Assembly: GCA_964534305.1 (NCBI GenBank)
Contig: CAZHPR010000002.1
Coordinates: 27,986 to 91,985 of the forward strand
Origin: an uncultured Candidatus Saccharibacteria bacterium
GTDB taxonomy: Bacteria > Patescibacteriota > Minisyncoccia > Phycocordibacterales > WO2-35-19
Direction of reading: 5' to 3'
Length of the DNA stretch: 64,000 bases
Shown here: in pieces, positions 20,723-29,939 of the stretch
Layout: each line of letters opens with the position of its first letter
Numbering within the stretch: position 1 is the first letter of the stretch
The notes under the pieces: generated by a model
Database searches by the model: none
Seen by the model: only the letters and a program-made list of their open reading frames with translations
Told to the model about the DNA's origin: nothing
Made by a program: the position numbers and the translations under genes

Positions 20723-21178
20723 CTAATTACCCCTTACTTTTAAGCGGGTGGAGCGGTTTTTGTCTAGTTTTGGAAGACGGATTATGAGAAGACCATGCTT
20801 TTCTATCGCTTCTGAAGCATCTACGTCTATTTCTTGTGGAAGTACAATTGTCCTCGAGAAACTACCCCAGTACAACTCTCGATGGAAGTAATCCTCATCG
20901 CTTATCGTCTTTTCATTCTCTCTTTTGCCTTTGATCGTTACCATATCTCTTGAGATAGAAACATCTAGGTCTTCTGGCTTTACTCCCGATACCATGGTCT
21001 TTATAATTATTTCGTTTTGATTTTGGTATACGTCAACAGAGAGCTCACCCTCTTCTGGGGCCATCCAATCATCTTCTCTTGGGTTTGTGTTGTTGTTTTG
21101 AAAGCTTACCTCAGTCTCTACTTCTTCCGGTATTGTTATTGAGCCGGTTAGTCTTTCAAAAAAAGATCTTTTTGCCAT
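20723..21178 (-). CDS. Hsp20 / alpha-crystallin small heat-shock protein
   Basis: VDVY, GV..EDL.V, E.YWGSFSR...LP, GLL.I.LPK. Confidence 0.93.
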   Translation of the reverse strand: MAKRSFFERLTGSITIPEEVETEVSFQNNNTNPREDDWMAPEEGELSVDVYQNQNEIIIKTMVSGVKPEDLDVSISRDMVTIKGKRENEKTISDEDYFHRELYWGSFSRTIVLPQEIDVDASEAIEKHGLLIIRLPKLDKNRSTRLKVRGN

Positions 21179-21188
21179 TTTTTTATAT

Positions 21189-21875
21189 TTATATATGAGT
21201 CTTTTTTACCTTCTCTATTGCGACGATAATAAATGTTACAACTATCCACACACCAGAGAAAACAAAAAATATCTTATCGCCACTTTCAATTATAAGTAAA
21301 TTGAAGATTGTGTGCAATATGATTGATGTAGATATTCCTACAAAAATAAACAGGTTTTTTACGGTTCTGCTTAGGTAAAATGATAGTCCGTACATTATAC
21401 CTATTGTCGCAGAAGAGGCTGTGTGTAGAAGCGTCGCACCCAAAAATCTCATATTGCCGGTTATTACACTCTCAGCGAAGTGCCCTCCACTGATCAAGTT
21501 TGATAAGAAAAGAGAGTTTTCTAAAGCGGAAAATCCAAGGGCAACTGTTATCATATAAATTACCGCATCTATCGGTTCGTCATTTTCGCGCATTCTTAGG
21601 GCCAGTATGTATGCGGCTCCAAATTTGAAAAGTTCTTCTACGGTAGACCAATAAAATATCGTCAGAGTGTTTATTTCTCCACCCTGCAAAGAAAACAAAA
21701 TTTTTTCTATCGGTAATACAAGGATTACTGCCAAAGCACCACCAAAAAATGTAAGAGCCAGTCTCCATCTAGGTTCTGGGTGCAGCTTGTCTTCTCTGGT
21801 CCAAAACCATAGCCAGAGAAGCGCAGGCATAATGCCTCCGAGTAAAGATAGAAATATTGTCAAAGAAGCATTCAT
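21189..21875 (-). CDS. PrsW-family intramembrane metalloprotease
   Basis: D..HPEP, VEE..K, GF...EN, H, H..FN motifs. Confidence 0.9.
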   Translation of the reverse strand: MNASLTIFLSLLGGIMPALLWLWFWTREDKLHPEPRWRLALTFFGGALAVILVLPIEKILFSLQGGEINTLTIFYWSTVEELFKFGAAYILALRMRENDEPIDAVIYMITVALGFSALENSLFLSNLISGGHFAESVITGNMRFLGATLLHTASSATIGIMYGLSFYLSRTVKNLFIFVGISTSIILHTIFNLLIIESGDKIFFVFSGVWIVVTFIIVAIEKVKKTHI

Positions 21876-21883
21876 TTATATTT

Positions 21884-24097
21884 TTAATATTTTGGCCAAG
21901 ATTCGATCATCAATAATTTTTTGTTATTAACCAAGATTTGCCATAACTTTTCTGTAATAAACGGCATAAATGGGTGAAGTATTTTTAGTTGTTCTTTAAG
22001 TAAAAATAATAACATATTTTTTCTTGAAGACGATTTTTGTTCTGATTCTTTAAAAATAGTTTTACTTTCTTCTATAATAATGTCCGCAAAAGTATGCCAA
22101 GCGTAGTGATAGATTTTTTCGGCTGCAAGATAAAACCTAAAATTATCCATATCAGAAGTTATATCCTTGGCGATATTTTCAAACTCAGCTACCAGTTTCT
22201 TGTCTGTTTCTTCTGTTACCTTTTCTTTATCACCGTCTATCCCTTCGGTATTTTCAACTACAAATCTGGATATATTCCAAAGCTTGTTTGCGAAGTGTTT
22301 GTAAGCTTTGAATTTGTCCTCTGAAATTTTGCTATCATTCCCCGGTCCAGTGCCTACTATCATAGCCATACGTAGTGCGTCTGCGCCATACTTTTCTACT
22401 ATCTCAACCGGATCTACGTTGTTTCCTAGGGACTTGCTTATTTTTCTCCCTTGATTATCCCTTACTAATCCATGGAGATAGACCTTACCAAAAGGTACTT
22501 CTCCTGTGAGGTAGGTGGACATTAGGATCATCCTGGCTACCCAGAAGAAAAGTATGTCGTAGCCAGTCTCTAAAACAGTAGTAGGGTGATAATTTTTTAG
22601 ATCGTCTGTTTTTTCTGGCCAACCCAGAGTAGAGAACGTCCAAAGACCTGATGAGAACCAAGTATCTAGTGTATCACTGTCTTGTAACCAACCCTGGCCT
22701 TCTGGCGCTTCAACGCCAACGTAAGTCTCCTCACTCTCTGTTGTAGATGGATCGGATCGGTACCAAACAGGAATTCTGTGGCCGTACCATATTTGTCTAC
22801 TTATACACCAGTCTCGAAGGTTGTTTATCCAATTTGTGTAAACTCGTTCAAATCTTTCTGGGATTATTTCAATATTTTTATTCTGAACAACAGAAAGCAT
22901 TAATTTTTTTAGTGTAACCTTTTCTCCTTTTTTTATGCCTGGCAACGTATCAAACTGGTATTCAAATTCCTTGTTTACATTTACAAACCATTGCAACTTT
23001 GGAAGCGGCTCCACGATACCTCCTGTACGTTCTGCTGTTGATATATTTTGGACGATTTCCTCTTCTTTTAACAACAGACCTTCTTTTTTAAGCCAATCTA
23101 CTATTATTTCTCTAGCCTCCAAAACTTTTTTGTTTGAAAGTAGTGGAGAGTCAACTGACATTTTGGCGTATTCATTTATAACTGGTTTAATATCTAAGTT
23201 ATGCCTCTCTGAAATCTCCCAATCTATTGCGCTATGAGCGGGGGTTACACCGAGTGCTCCTGTTCCAAATTCTGGATCTACCGATGAATCAGCGATTATC
23301 TTGATAGACAATCTTTCTCCAGCAAAATTTTCAATGTTGAATATTTTACCGATATATTCTTTGTAGCGTGAGTCTTCGGGGTGTACGGCAACTGCTGTAT
23401 CACCAACTTTTGTTTCTGGTCTTGTGGTAGAGATATAGATAGGAAAATCTTTCGAATATTTAAATGTGTATAGCACCGCTTTTCTTTCTTCGTAAACAAT
23501 CTCATCATCTGATATTGTCGTTTGTCCCTTTGGGTCCCAGTTAACTATCCTATGACCACGATAAATTATTCCATCGTCGTACATCCTCTTAAATGCAGTT
23601 TTTACGGCCAGATTCCTTTTTTCATCAAGAGTAAATGCTTCTCTAGACCAATCTAGGGAGCTACCAATCCTCTTCGTTTGGTCTACTATTATGTCGTGAC
23701 TATTCTTTGCAAAATCTTGAATTCTTTTTAAAAATTCTTCTCTTCCTAGGTCATGCCTGTTTTTACCTTCTTCTTTTTGAATTATTTTTTCTACCTTTGA
23801 CTGGGTGGCTATCGCAGCGTGGTCAGTTCCAGGGATCCAAAGTGTTTTTTTACCAAGCATCCTATTGTATCTAACCATGATGTCCTCAATGGTCAACATA
23901 AAGGCACTACCCATATGAAGGTTGCCGGTGACATTTGGTGGGGGAAGAACGATAGAGAAAAATTCAGAATCCTTATTTGTGACACCTTTTTCTATACAAA
24001 TATCAGGGTTAAAAAAGCCACTTTCCTCCCAGGTCTTGTAAATACTAGACTCTGTTGACTTTGGGTCGTATGGTTTTTTCAGCTCATCATTCATCAT
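21884..24097 (-). CDS. valS: Valine--tRNA ligase
   Basis: PPPNVTG.LHMG, GTDHA.IATQ, DWCISRQ.W.GH, DTWFSS, KISKS. Confidence 0.97.
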   Translation of the reverse strand: MMNDELKKPYDPKSTESSIYKTWEESGFFNPDICIEKGVTNKDSEFFSIVLPPPNVTGNLHMGSAFMLTIEDIMVRYNRMLGKKTLWIPGTDHAAIATQSKVEKIIQKEEGKNRHDLGREEFLKRIQDFAKNSHDIIVDQTKRIGSSLDWSREAFTLDEKRNLAVKTAFKRMYDDGIIYRGHRIVNWDPKGQTTISDDEIVYEERKAVLYTFKYSKDFPIYISTTRPETKVGDTAVAVHPEDSRYKEYIGKIFNIENFAGERLSIKIIADSSVDPEFGTGALGVTPAHSAIDWEISERHNLDIKPVINEYAKMSVDSPLLSNKKVLEAREIIVDWLKKEGLLLKEEEIVQNISTAERTGGIVEPLPKLQWFVNVNKEFEYQFDTLPGIKKGEKVTLKKLMLSVVQNKNIEIIPERFERVYTNWINNLRDWCISRQIWYGHRIPVWYRSDPSTTESEETYVGVEAPEGQGWLQDSDTLDTWFSSGLWTFSTLGWPEKTDDLKNYHPTTVLETGYDILFFWVARMILMSTYLTGEVPFGKVYLHGLVRDNQGRKISKSLGNNVDPVEIVEKYGADALRMAMIVGTGPGNDSKISEDKFKAYKHFANKLWNISRFVVENTEGIDGDKEKVTEETDKKLVAEFENIAKDITSDMDNFRFYLAAEKIYHYAWHTFADIIIEESKTIFKESEQKSSSRKNMLLFLLKEQLKILHPFMPFITEKLWQILVNNKKLLMIESWPKY

Positions 24098-24147
24098 TTA
24101 TAAAAATAATACCCTAAAATTAGTAAATCTAGAAATCAAACAAATTG

Positions 24148-24241
24148 TAAAGGACAAAATATACTATAATCCGAGATCTATTTTTGTCCTTTATGGTCTT
24201 ATACAATATTTTAAACAAAAAAAAGACATATAAAGGACAAA
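24148..24241. promoter_or_regulatory. Three TAAAGGACAAA boxes (inverted pair plus direct copy), putative operator
   Basis: 24148-24159, inverted at 24182-24193, direct at 24231-24241. Confidence 0.55.
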
Positions 24242-24360
24242 TACTAAAAAACCTTTAAAATAAAGCTTTTTTGACCTATAAAACCTTGACATTCTCATTA
24301 AAATATGAGAAGCTTTGGTCGTCAAGTTTAATAAAAATCATACAGAATAAAACAAATTCT

Positions 24361-27300
24361 ATGGAAAATAATATGAATATGAAAAAAATATTGAATTCCG
24401 CGCTTTCATTAGTGTTTATTTTTGTAATGATTTTTTCTAATTTTGCTGCTTTGCCTGTAAAGGTATCTGCTGAAGATGAAGCCTTTGTCCAAGAAAATAT
24501 GTTTTTTGGAGCACAGGAAGAAAGCAATACTGAAGTCGTTGTTAACAACAATAATACAGAAAGTGCCGGTGATTTGACTACTGATTTATCTGTTGCAGAT
24601 CAGACAAGTGGGGCAGCTGAACAGACAGAGACTATCTCCACAGAAGAAGTGAATAGTAATGTAAACTTTTCTACATCAGAAACAGAGCAAAGATCTTCAC
24701 AAGAAAATTTGTTTTCTACCTCTTCGTCTGGCGCTGATAATAATCAATCACTTCTTTCTATAGATAAGTTTGTTAAAAATGTTACAGATAGTACAGATTA
24801 TTCAAAACAAGTAGACGCAAACTTTGATGAAATAGTTAGATTTAAATTAGTTATCACTAATATTGGAACAGCCAATCTTAGTGATTTGTATGTTTCTGAT
24901 ACTTTGCCAGAGAAACTTTCTTATGTAGATGGTAGTCTATCTGTCCCAGAGCCTGTATATGGAGGCAATATATTTTCTACTCAAGGGCTCAATGTTCACG
25001 ACCTAAATCCTGGACAATCTATCACTATAACTTTTGATGCTAAAGTTTCTGGATCAAGCAGTTTTGGTTTTGGCGAGACCATACTTACCAATAATGCTAG
25101 TTCGGTTGAAATAGGTGGTACGCCTGCAAGTCCAGACACTGATTCTGCATCCGTTAGAGTTTTTAAGCAGCAAGAGACCACTCCGCCTCCAGTTAATGTT
25201 TGTAATGAAATAAAAGATAAAACTGGTTGGTATGGAAAATACTATGACTACAACTCTAGTCATCCAAATATGGAGGAGGTTACTTCTACCTGGAATACCT
25301 ACTATGGGGACCCACTAAGCAATGATGTTGCTTGGACAGCAGATTGGTATGACTCAAAATATTTTAAACTTGGTAGGGTAGATAGCAATCTTATTTTTAA
25401 TAACAACTTTTTCCCTCTAGATTCTGTTTCTGGTGCAGAGATTATAAACGGACACAACTACCACTTCGGTGTTCACTGGAAGGCTGTTGTGACAGCATCA
25501 AGTTCAGCTAATTATGGATTTAGGATTGATTCTGACGATGATGCTTGGGTTTATGTTGATGGTGATTTGATAAAAGATAACAGAGGGGTACACCCAGTGT
25601 TGTCCAAGACCGGTTCAGTTTATTTAACAAAGGGTGATCATATTGTAGATATTTTCTTTGCTGAGAGACACACAACACATTCAAATATGTACTTCAAGTT
25701 TAATGATACATCTCTAGTCATAAAACCTTTTGTTGATGGATGTACTTCAGTAAATACTCCACCGGTTATAACTCTAATCGGTAACAACCCACTATTTCTA
25801 ACAGTTGGTGATATATTCGTTGATCCAGGGGCAACATCTACCGATGCACAAGACGGAGATCTTACATCAAGCATTGTAAAAACTGGAACAGTTAACACCT
25901 CAGCTGTTAGCACAACAACACTAACTTATTCAGTTACTGACTCCGGTGGACTCTCTGCTTCTACTACAAGATTGGTAGTGGTTAAGCCAAAGGTTACTCC
26001 TCCTGGAAATGGTGGCGGCTCTACGAATACTCCACCGGTGATAACTCTAATTGGCAATAATCCTTTGAATATATTTATAGGTAGTACTTTTGTTGACCCG
26101 GGCGCAACAGCAACCGACGCACAAGACGGCAACCTTACTTCAAGCATAATAGTATCTGGTACTGTTGCTACCTCTACACTAGGTACATCAACTCTTACTT
26201 ACTCTGTCTACGATTCAGGCGGACTTGGCGCAACTACTACAAGGGAAGTTGTGGTACTTGCAACAACTACTCCGCCGGTAGTCAAACCACAGTGTTCTGA
26301 TGGTTTGGATAACGATGGAGATGGCAAGATTGATTCTCTAGACCCTGGCTGTCATAGCGATGGGAATGTAGAGAATGGTAGTTCTTTTGATCCAAATGAC
26401 GACAGTGAAGTCGATGTTCCTTCTAATCCTCCTAGCGATGGTGGTGGTAATGGCGGCGGAGGCGGTGGTGGTAGTTCTTTGAGTGGTAGAAGACGAGACG
26501 TAAGCAACCTCTTTGCAAGCGGGGGCGAGATTCTCGGTGCTTCAAGTTGTTCTTATCTTAGGGATTACCTGAGAATTGATTGGGCTAATGATAGAGTAGA
26601 AGTCCTAAAACTTCAGTCTTTCTTGAATATTTATGATGGAGCAAAATTAAACATGACAGGTGTCTTTGATCAAAACACACTTGTTGCTGTAAATAATTTC
26701 CAGAATAAATATGAGAGTGACATACTTACTCCTTGGGGGCACGATGCACCTACTGGATTTGTATACATTCTTACTAAGAAAAAGATAAATGAGATTTATT
26801 GCAACACTACTTATCCTCTAACTAGCGAACAAGCAGAGGAGATAAGAGAATTTAGAAGTTTCCTTGACGGTCTAAAGAGTTCTAACCCTGGCGCAACTTA
26901 TGATGCTGGTGGTATAGGAGGTGATCTAGAGGGAGCAATAAAGGGCGTTGTTGTATTAGATCAAAATGGTGAAGTTGTTGATACTGCTACCACAAGTGTA
27001 GTAGATCTTGTAAAGGACGATTCATTCTCCAGCTCAGTTCTCAGAAACGCTGCAGTTTCTATATTTGCAGTCCCAGATAGTACAACCGAGACACTAAGAT
27101 GTCTTATCGCTTTCCTCATAATACTTCTTGTTATGTATATAGTGTCTGGAATACTTGCAAACGGTACAAGAGAGAGGAGGATAGTATTTTTGATACTTTC
27201 TGTTATTGCGATAATTGTCTCTATAATTATAAACTTCTATTGTGTCGTCGCGCCGCTACTACTTGCACTTATAATCTCTGCGCTTCTCATAATCTTTGAT

Positions 27301-27525
27301 AATAAAAATGGCGATAGCGGAGACTCTAACCTTGAACAACCAAAGAATACCAATTCTTCAGAGGTAGAAGACAAAGCTCCAGAAAATCTACCTGCGCAGA
27401 CAGACTTACCAACGAAAGAAGAAGCTTCTAGTGTTATAGAAATGCCAGGAGAAATAGTTGTTGAGAATGACGAGGAAGAGGTGATAGAACCGTCTACTAT
27501 AGACTCAGAAAAAACAAACAACTAA
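24361..27525 (+). CDS. Large surface protein: DUF11-like, PA14/fibro-slime, two DUF5011/Ig-like repeats, PG-binding-like domain, C-terminal TMs
   Basis: V.DTLP..L.YV.GS; SDDD.WVYVDG..FFAERH; two PVITL.G.NP..F.DPGAT..D..DG repeats; QCSDG.DNDGDG.ID..DPGC. Confidence 0.85.
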   Translation: MENNMNMKKILNSALSLVFIFVMIFSNFAALPVKVSAEDEAFVQENMFFGAQEESNTEVVVNNNNTESAGDLTTDLSVADQTSGAAEQTETISTEEVNSNVNFSTSETEQRSSQENLFSTSSSGADNNQSLLSIDKFVKNVTDSTDYSKQVDANFDEIVRFKLVITNIGTANLSDLYVSDTLPEKLSYVDGSLSVPEPVYGGNIFSTQGLNVHDLNPGQSITITFDAKVSGSSSFGFGETILTNNASSVEIGGTPASPDTDSASVRVFKQQETTPPPVNVCNEIKDKTGWYGKYYDYNSSHPNMEEVTSTWNTYYGDPLSNDVAWTADWYDSKYFKLGRVDSNLIFNNNFFPLDSVSGAEIINGHNYHFGVHWKAVVTASSSANYGFRIDSDDDAWVYVDGDLIKDNRGVHPVLSKTGSVYLTKGDHIVDIFFAERHTTHSNMYFKFNDTSLVIKPFVDGCTSVNTPPVITLIGNNPLFLTVGDIFVDPGATSTDAQDGDLTSSIVKTGTVNTSAVSTTTLTYSVTDSGGLSASTTRLVVVKPKVTPPGNGGGSTNTPPVITLIGNNPLNIFIGSTFVDPGATATDAQDGNLTSSIIVSGTVATSTLGTSTLTYSVYDSGGLGATTTREVVVLATTTPPVVKPQCSDGLDNDGDGKIDSLDPGCHSDGNVENGSSFDPNDDSEVDVPSNPPSDGGGNGGGGGGGSSLSGRRRDVSNLFASGGEILGASSCSYLRDYLRIDWANDRVEVLKLQSFLNIYDGAKLNMTGVFDQNTLVAVNNFQNKYESDILTPWGHDAPTGFVYILTKKKINEIYCNTTYPLTSEQAEEIREFRSFLDGLKSSNPGATYDAGGIGGDLEGAIKGVVVLDQNGEVVDTATTSVVDLVKDDSFSSSVLRNAAVSIFAVPDSTTETLRCLIAFLIILLVMYIVSGILANGTRERRIVFLILSVIAIIVSIIINFYCVVAPLLLALIISALLIIFDNKNGDSGDSNLEQPKNTNSSEVEDKAPENLPAQTDLPTKEEASSVIEMPGEIVVENDEEEVIEPSTIDSEKTNN

Positions 27526-28721
27526 ATATCTAGATTGCCGTCCGCCTTTAGTTCATACTCCTTGCTCTCCTTTCTGAGAGAGTCTATATAAGCTGATATC
27601 GCTATCATTGTTGCGTTGTCTGTAGTCAAACTTTTTTCTGGAATATAGACCTTAGGCCATAGAAAACTATTCTCAAGTTCCAAAATTTTCTCTCTTATTA
27701 GTTTGTTTGCTATAACTCCTCCTCCAACGATAATACTTTTTGGAGAGAATTCTTGGATTGCCTTTTTTGTTTTTGAAAGCAAAACCTCAACTACGGCATC
27801 TTCGAATTCTCTGGCAATTTCTTTCTTTTGATTTTCTGATAGTTTTGGTAGATCTTCTTTGGCCCCACCCCCTGCCCCCTCCCCTAAGGGGAGGGGGTTT
27901 GGGGGAGGGGATGTGTTATCTTTTCCTTTGCTTATTAAGTCCCGGATATAATACAAAACAGAAGTTTTAAGACCAGAAAATGAAAAGTTGTAATCTTTTG
28001 AGTGAAGCATCGGTCTAGGGAAATTCTTTTCTTGTTGGATACCTTCTTTTCTTGCTTCTTCTGCTAGTCTGCTTATCTCTGGCCCTCCTGGATAAGGGAG
28101 GTCAAGCATCCTGGCAACCTTATCAAAAGCTTCTCCTACTGCGTCGTCTAATGTCTCACCAATCTTTTTTTTATCGTGCCAGCTTTCCATGAGTACAAGC
28201 TCTGTGTGCCCACCGGAAATAAGTAGGGCAAGCGCAGGAAACTCAACACCTTGATTCATGATTCTTGATTCATGATTCTGCGCCAGTAGTACTGATGCAA
28301 TATGTCCTTCCATATGATTTGCACCGACAACTTTTACCCCCCAATTTTTACCAAGCTCTTCTGCGAACTTTATACCAGTCCAGAGAGCTGGCTCAAGCCC
28401 GGGCCCCACTGTTACCGCGATCATGTCAATGGGAAATTTTTTGCCTGGTTTGTTTTTTTCCCATAATTCATAATTCATAATTCCTAATTCATCTTCAAAA
28501 CCTGCTTCCTTTAGTGCTTCTTCCAAGACTATAGGTAAGTTTTTCTCATGCTCTCTTTTTGCAAGAGTGGGGAAGACACCGCCATACTCTTTGTGTATGT
28601 CTATCTGACTATTTACAGCACTTCCGAGTAGCTTGAAAGAGAGAGAATTTATGTCTCCTTCTGCTTCTACTATGCTTATTGCTGTTTCGTCACAACTAGT
28701 CTCTATCCCAAGTATTCTCAT
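27522..28721 (-). CDS. tsaD: tRNA threonylcarbamoyltransferase TsaD, with repeat-derived insertions
   Basis: ILGIETSCDET, GPGL, NHMEGH, SGGHT, GEAFDK, FSFSGLKT, DNA.MI. Confidence 0.97.
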   Translation of the reverse strand: MRILGIETSCDETAISIVEAEGDINSLSFKLLGSAVNSQIDIHKEYGGVFPTLAKREHEKNLPIVLEEALKEAGFEDELGIMNYELWEKNKPGKKFPIDMIAVTVGPGLEPALWTGIKFAEELGKNWGVKVVGANHMEGHIASVLLAQNHESRIMNQGVEFPALALLISGGHTELVLMESWHDKKKIGETLDDAVGEAFDKVARMLDLPYPGGPEISRLAEEARKEGIQQEKNFPRPMLHSKDYNFSFSGLKTSVLYYIRDLISKGKDNTSPPPNPLPLGEGAGGGAKEDLPKLSENQKKEIAREFEDAVVEVLLSKTKKAIQEFSPKSIIVGGGVIANKLIREKILELENSFLWPKVYIPEKSLTTDNATMIAISAYIDSLRKESKEYELKADGNLDI

Positions 28722-28801
28722 CACAACAATATACAACAATATTTTAATTTATCCACTTATTTATATATTATGTAAGTTAGCCTTTGTTATAATATAAAAA
28801 T

Positions 28802-28904
28802 CGCCCATGCAAGGAGGCACTTCGCGTCTAGAGCTAAACAGGTGGCTGAATAGCAATAGCCGGAGTGCCTCGCAAAATCCAAGCTCCTTTATGAGGAGCT
28901 TTCT
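28802..28904 (+). ncRNA. Candidate ~100-nt structured small RNA
   Basis: TGTTATAAT upstream; stem GAGGCACTTC/GGAGTGCCTC, inner GGCT/AGCC stem; terminator AAGCTCCT/AGGAGCTT. Confidence 0.45.
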
Positions 28905-28933
28905 GTAAAATAAAATAATTGAAAGACCCCGCG

Positions 28934-29101
28934 CTACTCACAGCGCAGGGCCTGTCTTGTCTTGGAGATCATAAGCAAGACCAACCCTCCTACCATCAAA
29001 AGAGAGATCAGGATGGTGAGTCCTGCCTTGAATATGACTTCTGCTACCGGCATCGTGTACTTTGAGATGCCGTCGTACGAAGAACAGTCCAGGTTTTCCA
29101 T
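28934..29101 (-). CDS. 55-aa single-TM small protein (not in ORF track)
   Basis: GGAGG SD; MENLDCSSYDGISKYTMPVAEVIFKAGLTILISLLMVGGLVLLMISKTRQALRCE. Confidence 0.6.
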   Translation of the reverse strand: MENLDCSSYDGISKYTMPVAEVIFKAGLTILISLLMVGGLVLLMISKTRQALRCE

Positions 29102-29135
29102 GTCCGCCTCCTTTTTTAATATATCATAAAATTCT

Positions 29136-29289
29136 GTATGGAGAATCGGTCGCGAATAAATTTGCTAGTGCAAATTTTTCTCGACCCCGACTCCCTCGCT
29201 TTGCTCAGTCCGTCTTTCGATTCTCGCCATACTAGGCGATCATGTGCCAAAAATAAAATACCAGCTGAACTGGTATTTTATTTTTGGCA
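29136..29289 (-). mobile_element. Miniature tRNA-linked element, copy at tRNA-Glu
   Basis: Core GAAAGACGG..GAGTCGGGGTCGAG..GACC shared with 42592-42750; arms resemble the tRNA-Glu T-arm. Confidence 0.6.
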
Positions 29290-29361
29290 TGACCCTACGG
29301 GGAATCGAACCCCGATTACCGCCTTGAAAAGGCGATGTCCTAACCGTTAGACGATAGGGCC
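29290..29361 (-). tRNA. tRNA-Glu(TTC)
   Basis: GGCCCTA/TAGGGTC acceptor stem, TT-TTC-AA loop, GGTTCGATTCC. Confidence 0.96.
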
Positions 29362-29597
29362 GCAATACTTCACCCCGCTTATAGCGGAGTTTCGTAGGGC
29401 TTACCTACAATATGAAGTATTACGCAAAATAATAACACCATTTTTGTATAATGCAAAATCTGGATTATTCTATGTTAAAATTTATAAAGATAGCCTTCAT
29501 GGCTAGCTAGAGAGGAGTAGAGGAGTAATTCCCAAGAGCCCTTCGCAGGAGGGGCTCTAAATATTTACTCAATTTTATATTATACTTCGTTTGTATT

Positions 29598-29685
29598 GGA
29601 GGGTTGGCAGAGTGGTCTAATGCGCCGCACTCGAAACGCGGTTTCCGCCCAAAGCGGATCAAGAGTTCAAATCTCTTACCCTCCG
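29598..29685 (+). tRNA. tRNA-Ser(CGA)
   Basis: GGAGGGT/ACCCTCC acceptor stem, CT-CGA-AA loop, long variable arm. Confidence 0.93.
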
Positions 29686-29912
29686 CAAAATAAGGAGTCG
29701 CGTCAGCGACGACTATATTTTGCGAGAGTCCTGAGCAAAGCGAAGGGCAACCCGCAAAAACCCACTATATTTTGCGAGAGTTCCATTCGAGCCTTGCTCT
29801 CAGGACCTACGGCCTCAGCGCAGTGAAGGGCAGTCGCAAAATGCGAGAGTTCCATTCGAGCTCCGCTCTCAGGACTTGCAGCCTGAGGCTTGCAGAAGGG
29901 CAACCCGCAAAG
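29684..29912. repeat. Mosaic of REP-like repeats downstream of tRNA-Ser
   Basis: ACTATATTTTGCGAGAGT x2, TGCGAGAGTTCCATTCGAGC x2, GCTCTCAGGAC x2, GAAGGGCAACCCGCAAA x2. Confidence 0.85.
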
Positions 29913-29939
29913 ACAAAATAAACGTGTTATAATTTGGGC

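Noticed and set aside
25751-26260. Internal DNA repeat in the surface protein as a DGR template/variable pair
   Set aside because: Two in-frame Ig-like domain copies with general divergence, no evident adenine-specific pattern, and no reverse transcriptase in the window.
29138-29903. Short ORFs overlapping tRNAs and repeats (29138-29350, 29596-29826, 29703-29903; also 42542-42782)
   Set aside because: They run through tRNA genes and palindromic repeats and are spurious.
29684-29912. CRISPR array
   Set aside because: Units are irregular and nested, lack unique constant-length spacers, and no cas genes are in the window.
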